Part shown: positions 55,747-64,000 of the stretch, piece by piece
Position numbering within the stretch: the stretch's first letter is position 1
How the letters are laid out: the number at the start of each line of letters is the position of its first letter
DNA from: Candidatus Latescibacterota bacterium
Lineage (GTDB): Bacteria > Latescibacterota > UBA2968
Direction: 5' to 3'
Length of the DNA: 64,000 nt
Assembly: GCA_965198115.1 (NCBI GenBank)
Contig: OZ240241.1
Location: forward strand, 4,416,001 to 4,480,000
Made by a program: the position numbers and the translations under genes
The notes under the pieces: generated by a model
Databases searched by the model: none
What the model saw: the letters and a program-made list of their open reading frames with translations, nothing else
What the model was told of the DNA's origin: nothing

Positions 55747-58102
55747 CTACGATGGCTCCTGCTGGATTCGGTCGAGGGTCTGTATGACCTGGTCCATGTC
55801 GTATCCCCCGCTGATCTCGCGCAGATGGGCCGCGAGCCTGGCGGTCGATCCGTCGATGGTCGCCAGTTCTTCGATGTGTTTTCGTAGATCGGTCACGCTG
55901 TAGCCTTCGGCCGCCTCGCGCAGCGCACGGTGGAGGTCGGCGGGGACCGAGACCGATGCGAAGTCGATTGCGAGGCCTGCGCCCTCGGGTTCGTCGTATT
56001 CGAACGTGACTCCGAGGGTCTCGGCCAGAGTGGCATAGACCTGGCCCGTCTTGAGGGGTTTGTCGATCAGGGCCTCGAATCCGGCTTCACGGTAGGTCTC
56101 CGTTTCGTGCAGGAGCACCGAAGCCGTGACGGCAATCGTTTTGGGTCGATCGTCGCCGTGTTCGTCCGTCAGCCTGCGCAGGGTCTCCATCCCATCCATC
56201 ACGGGCATCCGAATGTCGAGGAACAGGACGTCCGGGTGCCAGGACCTGACGATGTCGAGGGTTTCCTGACCCGACTCGACCGTTTTTACGTCCACGCCGA
56301 CGGTCGTGAGAACCTGCGCGAGGATGTCGCGGTTCGTGGCGTCGTCGTCGGTGACGACCGCCCTGATGTCCTGTCCCTGCGACAGGGCCCGCGCTCTCGA
56401 CCAGTCGTGTTCGGGCTTCACCGGCGTTCGGCCAGGCGGGAGCGCGAGGGTGAGGGTAAAGGCCGTCCCCTCACCGAGTTGGGATTGAAGGGTGAGGCTT
56501 CCACCCATCAGATCCACCTGTCGTCGCGAAATGGCCAACCCGAGCCCTGTTCCTCCCTGTCCTTCCACGCCTTGACGGAACGGTTCGAAAATCTGCTGCT
56601 GGAGTTCGCGCGAAATGCCCGGACCGGTGTCGATGATTTCGAATAGATGTCGATCGCCTTCGTGAGAAACGTTGAAAGTGACCGAACCGCTACTCGTGAA
56701 CTTGGCGGCGTTGCCGAGCAAATTGATCAGGATCTGCCGGAGCTTGTTCTCATCGCCACGGACGGGAGTCTGCGGCAGTTCTTCGTAAAGTTGCCACGCG
56801 AGACCCTTTTGCTCGCATCTCAGCTTGAACATAGCGTCCAGACCCGACAGCAGCCCCTTGAGGTCGAAATCGGTCGTTCTGAGCTCCTCGCGGCCCGCCT
56901 CGATTTTTGAGATGTCGAGCACGTTGTTGATGAGCGCGAGCAGGTGCTCCCCACTCTCTTGAATCGTGTCGATGGCCTTTCGGTGCTCGTCTTCGAGGCT
57001 CGGATCTCGTTCGAGGATCTGTGCATAGCCGAGGATGGCGTTCATGGGTGTTCTGATTTCGTGACTCATGTTCGCCAGAAATAGACTCTTTGCACGATTG
57101 GCCGCTTCGGCCGCATCGCGGGCGGCGAGCGACTCGTCTTCCTTGGACCGGAGGACCCGATTGCTGCGAAGAATCCGGCCCGCCTGCCATCCGGTGAGGA
57201 GGAGCGCAGCGAGGGAGAGCAGCACGAGCCAGGGTTGTTGCCACACAGGTGGAATGACGACGAAGGCCAGGCTGGCCTTCGTCTGATCGCTCTGAAAGTC
57301 GAGATCTCTCGCACGGACTTCGAACGTGTGGGGCCCCGCTGGCAAGGCGAGCAGGTCCTTGCTCGTGTCCGATCCGTAGGTGCTCCACGGTTCATCGTCG
57401 AGCCGCCAGGAAAACAGCAGGGCGTCGGCTTCGGTCGAGCTCCAGCGGTCGACACCCGACCAGCTGATCGTTGCGTTGCCCGGCTGGGCGATTTCGGTGA
57501 ACTGGGATTGGATGCGTGTTTCGGGGGGGGCCTGATCGGGGACGTATCTCAGGCACCGAAATGCATAGGTGGACGGGGGGGGGGGGGGCTGCGATCCGTG
57601 TTCGGCCCGTGTATACCAGTCCGAAAGGGTGATGGTGAACCAGAGTGCACCGGTCCGGTCCTGTTTGACCGCGGGAGCCCCGCCCTGTAACCAGGATCCG
57701 GGTACGACGTCGGGGGTCCACGACCGTCCGTCGTAGTGGCACACCCCTTCGTCGGAGACGACCCAAATGCTGCCGTCGTCGGCTTCGAGGACACTGCGGA
57801 GACGCCCTTCAGTCAGCCCGTCGCGCTCGTCGTATCGGGTCCACGATTGAAGGTCGAAATGGAAAAGCCCAAAGCTTCTGCTGACGGCCCAGAGGCCCCC
57901 CGAGGGTGGCGTGTAGACGACGTCGAACGGCGTGTTCGCGTAGAGCGCTATTTCGGAGTCGTGAGACCAACTCGTGCCATCGAACTTAACAGGCCTTCGA
58001 CGCCCCCCACCCAGAGTGCACCGTCTGAGGTGTGGCCGACTCCGTAGAAGAAGGTAGACGGGACCGAGCGGTGGCGATGCCATGTCGCCCCATCGAAACT
58101 AA
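55747..58102 (-). pseudogene. Hybrid histidine kinase (beta-propeller + Y_Y_Y + HisKA/HATPase + REC), 5'-truncated by ISAzo13, frameshift near 57990
   Basis: DGSIWV repeats, FEVRARD, LANMSHEIRTPMN, LLGNAAKFT, LDIRMPVMDG. Confidence 0.85.
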
Positions 58103-59397
58103 GGGTTTGCCACGAAATAAGTGCTGCACTTTTCAAGGTAATGATCTTACGCTCGGAGTGTGGACGTCGAAACTCTCCGAACGAAGTATGAAGCCTTGGC
58201 TCCGGTGCTGACGGAACGCACGCGTCGTCTGTGGGCCGCCACGGAAGCCGAAGCGTTGGGTCACGGTGGGATCGCGATTGTGGCTCTGGCGACAGGAATG
58301 TCCAGAGAGCGGATCTTTCGTGGCATTCAGGAGTTGAGGTCGGACGAACCTTTGGACCCGGCTCGCATCCGGCGTCCAGGCGGCGGTCGTAAGCGGAAGG
58401 CCGACACGGACCCGACGCTGTGGCAGGACCTGAATGATCTGGTCGAGCCAACGACTGCGGGGTCGCCTGACGACAATCCTCTGAGATGGACATCGAAGAG
58501 CACTCGCAAACTGGCCGCCGAGTTGCAAGCGATGGGGCATTCGGTGAGCCCCAGGATCGTTGCCAATCTCCTGCACGAACACGATTACACGCTGCAGGCG
58601 AATCGGAAGACAAGGGAGGGATCTGCACACCCGGATCGGGACGCTCAGTTCGTTTACCTCGATGATCGGATTAGCCAGCAGCAGCAGCAGGGCCTTCCCG
58701 TTATCTCGGTGGACACCAAGAAGAAAGAGTTGATCGGCGACTTCAAGAATCCTGGCCGAGAATGGCGACCCAAGGGAGACCCGGAGCGTGTGAAGGTACA
58801 CGATTTCATAGTGCCTGCTCAGGGCAAGGCGATCCCTTATGGAGTGTATGATCTGAGCCGTGATGAAGGCTGGGTAAGTGTCGGTATCGATCACGACACG
58901 GCCAGCTTCGCCGTGAATGCGATCCGAAGTTGGTGGAAGAACATGGGACGGCCCGCCTACGGCACTTCGACGCATCTGCTAATCACGGCGGACGCAGGCG
59001 GCAGCAACGGCGCCAAGACGCGGCTGTGGAAGTGGGAGCTGCAGCGCTTTGCGAATCGCACTGGCCTGACGATCACCGTATGCCACTACCCTCCTGGCAC
59101 TAGTAAGTGGAACAAGATCGAACATCGCCTGTTCTCCTTCATCGCTATGAACTGGGCGAGGCAAGCCCCTGGTCAGCCTGGCTGCAACCGTGAATCTCAT
59201 TGCCGGAACGACCACTCAAGCCGGTCTCCGAGTACGCTCCGAGATCGACAAGCGACCCTACCCTAACGGGGTCAAGGTGACCGATGAACAGATGACCCAA
59301 ATCGATCTCACTCCGCACGATTTCCACGGCGACTGGAACTACACGATCCGGCCAATGGCTCAACATTGAGATCGACCGTTTATTTATTCGCGAACCC
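58103..59397 (+). mobile_element. ISAzo13-family IS, copy 2 (inverted; one extra G at about 59155 frameshifts the transposase)
   Basis: Reverse-complement match to copy 1; TAA on both flanks. Confidence 0.92.
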
Positions 59398-59499
59398 TAA
59401 GCTGGGGTAAGCCCAAACGGAAATCGCCGTGATTGGATGGCCGTTTCCGAACCCAACATTGCACCCGCTTGGTGCAATGCCACTCAAGGAGTTCGACGC

Positions 59500-62400
59500 A
59501 TGAATTATCTTCGGTTTCTCAGAGTCGGTGCTGTCGCGCTTACGGTGATGGCGCTCGTCTTTGCACTGCCGCTCCAGGCCGACGCACAGTCGACGACCGG
59601 TAAGGTTTCCGGCCGCGTGACCGATGCCGCCACGGGCGAGCCGCTGCCGGGTGCCAACGTCGTCCTCGAGGGGACAACACGTGGCGCCACGACAAACGTG
59701 AATGGTGAGTATTTCATCATCCTCGTGACGCCTGGCCGCTACTCGGTTGCGGCCTCCATCGTCGGTTACCAGACGATTCACCAAACGAGCGTGGCCGTTC
59801 AGTTGGATCTGACGGCCATCGTGAATTTCGAGTTGACCGAGACCGCCGAACAGCTCGAAGATCTGATCGTGACGGCCGAGCGGCCGCCGGTTCAGATGGA
59901 CATCTCCTTCAGCCAGGCCTCCATGACGGCTGAACAGATCCAGGCTGCGCCCCTCGGTTCACGTCTTCGCCAGGCCTTCGAGACCCAGGTCGGTGTCGAC
60001 AACGACGACTGGGGCCTGACCATACGCGGATCCAACGAGGAAGAGCTTCTCTACAACCTCGACGGAATCGGCCAGCGCGACGGACGCAACAGCCGTCCTT
60101 TCTCGTCCTTCAGCGCGTCACCGGCGTTTCCGAAATGCAGGTGCTCACGGGCGGCTTCAACGCCGAGTACGACAACGTGCGCTCCGGCGTAGTCAACATC
60201 GTGACCAAGGAACCGCGCGCCCTCACGCTCAGCAGCGATCTGAAATGGAGCCCCGCGGCCGAGAAGTATCAGGGTGCCAAAATCTACAGCGCCGATAACT
60301 ACTGGGACATCGGCCGCTTCCAGTCGTTTGGCCCAACCGGCGACCTCGATAGGGACGGCGTGGTGGACTTCGCCGGGTGGGACGCCGTCTGGCAGGGCCT
60401 CACCGGTCCCGACAATCAGCCCATCGTTTCGGCTGCCCAGGCGAAGAGTATCTGGGACTGGCAGCATCGGTCGGTCGACGGTGGCGACATCAAACAATTG
60501 AACCGGAACGGAAGCGAACGGGCCGACGACCGTACGATCGACTACTCGGTCGGTGCACCGATCCTGCGAGATAGACTTTCCTTCCTCTTCTCGCATCGTG
60601 AGGAGCTCACCGCCTACACGTGGGGCATCGCCGTTCCAAGCTACAGGGACCGGTCGGTACAGGGCCGGCTGATTTCCAACCCGACACCCAGCACGAAACT
60701 CACCCTCGGCTGGGTACACAGCTGGGCGGAGGGTGGGAAATGGGGCAACTTCCAGGGGACTTATGCTCGAGGCCCGCGCTACGAAGGACAACAGTTCCGA
60801 AGCGCAAACACCTTCTCGCCGGGTTCGGGCGGTAACCTTCTGAGAATCACCCGAAATCACGGCACATTCAGCTGGACCCATACGCTCTCTCCCAAGACCT
60901 TCTACAACATCAGCGGGCGCTTGGGTTTCACCGATTTCCAGCACGACTACGGGGTCGGAGGTCCACAGAAAAGCGGTGTGCCCGCGGCTGCCATCAACCC
61001 CGATGGGACCATCGACGTCTTCAACGGGCAGATCGAGAGGACCAGCGACGGTCGAATCCTCCAGACGAATATCGACCGGAACCGGACGGGCACCAGCTCC
61101 GTGGCGGGTGCCGTCATCCTCGACGAGGGCCCGGTCGGTTTCGTGTATCGCCCGGCCCAGAGCGACATCCAGAGCCTCTACCGGCTGCGAGGGGGCTCGG
61201 GCAACAACGCCCGCGCCGGCGACTGGGGCACGGCGTGGGAGACCGACTGGTCGGTCGACATGACGAGCCAGATCACGCCGAACCACCAGGTCAAGGTCGG
61301 CGTCCAGGTCCACAGTCATGACCTCCGGCAAAGCCGGAGGCTTGAAAACTTGTGAACCGCTCAAAGCGGTTGGAAACCAAGCGCCACCTAAAGGTGGCGA
61401 TTACCTGAAAATGTTGAGCTGGTCGAGACGCCGGTCCTCCCGCTCCTGGTTCTGGATATACTCCCGAACCGTCTGTTCATCCTTGCCAACGGTGGAGACC
61501 CAGTAGCCTCTTGCCCAGAAATGCTGCCCGGTGAAGTTCGACCTGCGTCCCAGATAGTTCCGAGCAATGTGAATCGCACTCTTTCCTTTGATGAACCCTA
61601 CCGTCTGAGCTACTGAGTGCTTCGGCGGGATCGAAATCAGCGTGTGCACATGGTCGGATCGCAGGTGACCCTCTTCCACACGGCATTCCTTCTGTGCGGC
61701 CAGATCCCGAATCACCTCGCCCAGATAGCGACGAATTTCACCATACAACACTTTTCTACGATACTTCCGAACCCAAACAACGTCATACTTGCACTCCCAT
61801 ACCGTGTGACGTAGACTCCTTACGTTGTTCATTAGAGAGCCTTCCTTCCGTGTGCTTTGAGCGGTCTACGGCAAGGGAGGCTCTTACATATTTCTGGAAC
61901 TGTCAAACTCTGGGAGTCTCCCCGGCAGAGCCGGGGGCTTACCAAGGTTTAGTTACAACATCCGCGAAATCCGCGGGTTTCTTTCCACCAACGAAGACCC
62001 GGCCAATCAGCCATTCGGCTGGGAACCCGAAATCCGGTTCGACACGAACGGCGACGGACAATTCTCGGCCGATGAGATCGGCCGCGGATTCGACTGGAAC
62101 AGCCTGCCCGACGCAGCACGTTTGGCCTACGAATCGGCCGCCGACCTTCGCCGTGCGGGCGCCACGGGCGATGAGATCAACGCCGCCATCATCAAGCGGC
62201 AGACGCAGCAGGCGCGCGAACTCCTCAACATCACCGACACGGCCGACTTCCACAACGTGTTCATCCGTTGGCCGACCTACGGTGGTGTCTACTTTCAAGA
62301 TCGCATGGAATACCGCCAGATCATCGTGAACGCGGGTTTGCGCCTCGACTGGCACCAGCCCGACCGCTACTTCGACCTTGGACGGCAGAGCCCGACAGAC

Positions 62401-63606
62401 CCGTTCGAGCGGGCCAACCTCCTGCGGGCTGGGATCGATCCCGACACCATCGGCCAGCACGGGCCGTGGCAGGTGCGAAACGCAGTCCTGCTCTACGCCA
62501 GCACCGACCGTGCGCAGCCCCCGACCAAGTGGGCGCTCAGCCCGCGGCTGGGCGTGTCACATCCGATCACCGTCGACAGCAAGCTGTTCTTCAACTACGG
62601 CCGTATGTCCGCGGTCCCGAGCGGCGACGAGCTCTACAACACGCAGAGCGGCATCGGCGAGGGACTAGAGCAGTTCGGCAACCCGTGGCTGAACCACATC
62701 CAGACCATCCAGTACGAGGTCGGTTACGAGCGGAACTTCCTGGATAACTACCTGACCACCGGAACACTCTATTTCCGCGATGTCGAGGGAGATATCAGCA
62801 ACTTCGACTTCCGCGGTATCACCGGCGGCGGCCCGAACCTGCGGCAGAACGGCAGGTCGAAGGACACCCGCGGGTTCGAGTTGAGCGTGAGGAGGGCTCG
62901 GGGCAAGTTCCTGACGGGCTACGTCTCCTACGACTTCCGCGTCGATCGGGACCGGCTTGTCGGCTACGACGACATATCGGACCAGCGGTTCTCCTCCAGG
63001 CCCATCCTCACCGACGTCGAGGACAACCCGGAAACGGCCAACCCGCCGTTCAAGGCGCGGCCCATCATCAAGGTCGGTATCAACGTGCGGACGCCCCTCG
63101 ACTACGGCGGGTCGAGCAGACTCTGGAAGGGCGGCTGGTCAGCCAACCTCTTCTTCCGGAACGAGGGCGGAAACTGGCTCAACTACAACCCCGCAGGTGA
63201 CCAGGCACTCCGCAACGTGCTCAACGCACAGTGGATCGACGAGCGCAGGGTCGACCTCCGGATCAGCAAGATCTTCGATCTTCCCGCGTCCCCCATGCTC
63301 TACGTGGAGGTCCAGAATCTCCTGGACTCCGACATCCCCTACTCCGACCGGGCCGGGGAGCGGGCCGGGGGTTCACGCGCCTCAGATGCGCAGGATCGCG
63401 TTTTCGAGCTGGTCGGCGGACGGAGAGATGACGACAATCTGGAACGCTACATGGAGGCGCTCGGATGGACCGTCGCCGCCGACGGCAGCCTGAACGAAGG
63501 CGGCAAGATAGGCGAGAAAGTGGATGTCGCTTTCATGCCCCAGCGTTCATACATGTTCTACACCTTCGCACGCGACATTCACTTCGGCCTTCGGTTGAAC
63601 TTCTAA
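59500..63606 (+). pseudogene. TonB-dependent receptor (carboxypeptidase-regulatory N-domain), frameshift near 60120 and IS200 insertion
   Basis: Signal peptide, GKVSGRVTDAATGEPLPGANV, GGFNAEY..SGVVNIVTK, SPRLGVSHPI, terminal GLRLNF; VQVHS|YNIRE rejoins in frame across the IS. Confidence 0.88.
61315..61951 (-). mobile_element. tnpA: IS200/IS605-family element, copy 2 (tnpA 61401-61832)
   Basis: 637 bp like copy 1; only two substitutions noticed by eye. Confidence 0.92.
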
Positions 63607-63619
63607 GGACGGCTGTTTT

Positions 63620-63649
63620 CTGGCGGGCGCCCGGCCGGGCGCCCGCCAG
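63620..63649. repeat. Perfect 30-bp GC palindrome after the TonB gene
   Basis: CTGGCGGGCGCCCGG|CCGGGCGCCCGCCAG. Confidence 0.8.
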
Positions 63650-63678
63650 GCCAACTTCTGAACGGGATGGAGGCACCA

Positions 63679-64000
63679 ATGCTTATTCGAATCGCGCTTG
63701 CCGTTCTCGCGCTCCTCGTTTCGACGAGCGGCGCGTGGGCGCAGACCGACTTGAACGTCGGCAAGAACTGGGGTGAGTGGTGGCCCGGCGGCTACAACGA
63801 AGACCGTACGACACCCGATATCGAATTCTCGGTCACCACCCGAGAATATGTTCTCGGCTACGCCCTTGCTTTCGAGAACTACAACACGCCCGACTTCACC
63901 GCGGATCGGCAGATTGTTGGATCGGAGGGCGGCACGATCCCTAGGTTCGTGATGGACAGGGTGGATGACCTTGGACAATACTCGTTCACATTCTTCCGCA
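63679..64000 (+). CDS. Secreted protein, partial (probable partner of the TonB receptor)
   Basis: GGAGG RBS; MLIRIALAVLALLVSTSGAWAQ signal peptide; open to the window end. Confidence 0.75.
   Translation, partial: MLIRIALAVLALLVSTSGAWAQTDLNVGKNWGEWWPGGYNEDRTTPDIEFSVTTREYVLGYALAFENYNTPDFTADRQIVGSEGGTIPRFVMDRVDDLGQYSFTFFR

Noticed and set aside
58674-58690. CAG repeat (poly-Gln) in the ISAzo13 transposase
   Set aside because: Short and identical in both copies; no sign of variation

Overview
GC-rich bacterial window; the sulfatase, Gfo/Idh/MocA, beta-propeller kinase and TonB-receptor gene content suggests an FCB-group or Latescibacterota-like organism (inference only). 1-18.5 kb (minus strand) is a continuous bioenergetic operon, nuoA-B-CD-E-F-G-H-J-K-L-M. 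It has no nuoI and no nuoN and runs directly into an Mbh-ordered Mrp module (mrpE-F-G-B'-B-C-D-D-orf-D). 20.5-24.6 kb (minus) is the most striking locus, an apparently tryptophan-sensing operon. It reads: sigma70 promoter, Trp leader peptide (WWGW) plus attenuator, APH/choline-kinase-like phosphotransferase, ECF sigma factor with a long HEAT/DUF2087-like extension, a second Trp-run leader (WWWW) plus terminator, and a shortened TrpRS paralog lacking HIGH, KMSKS and the anticodon domain. The rest holds catabolic genes, sdhCAB, a GH13-like gene, gap and two-component genes. It also contains a zone of IS activity (IS1380, two IS200 in the same 7-bp target, IS630, two inverted ISAzo13) with many broken genes. 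Intergenic regions carry REP-like and heptamer repeats. Several single-base frameshifts could be assembly errors.
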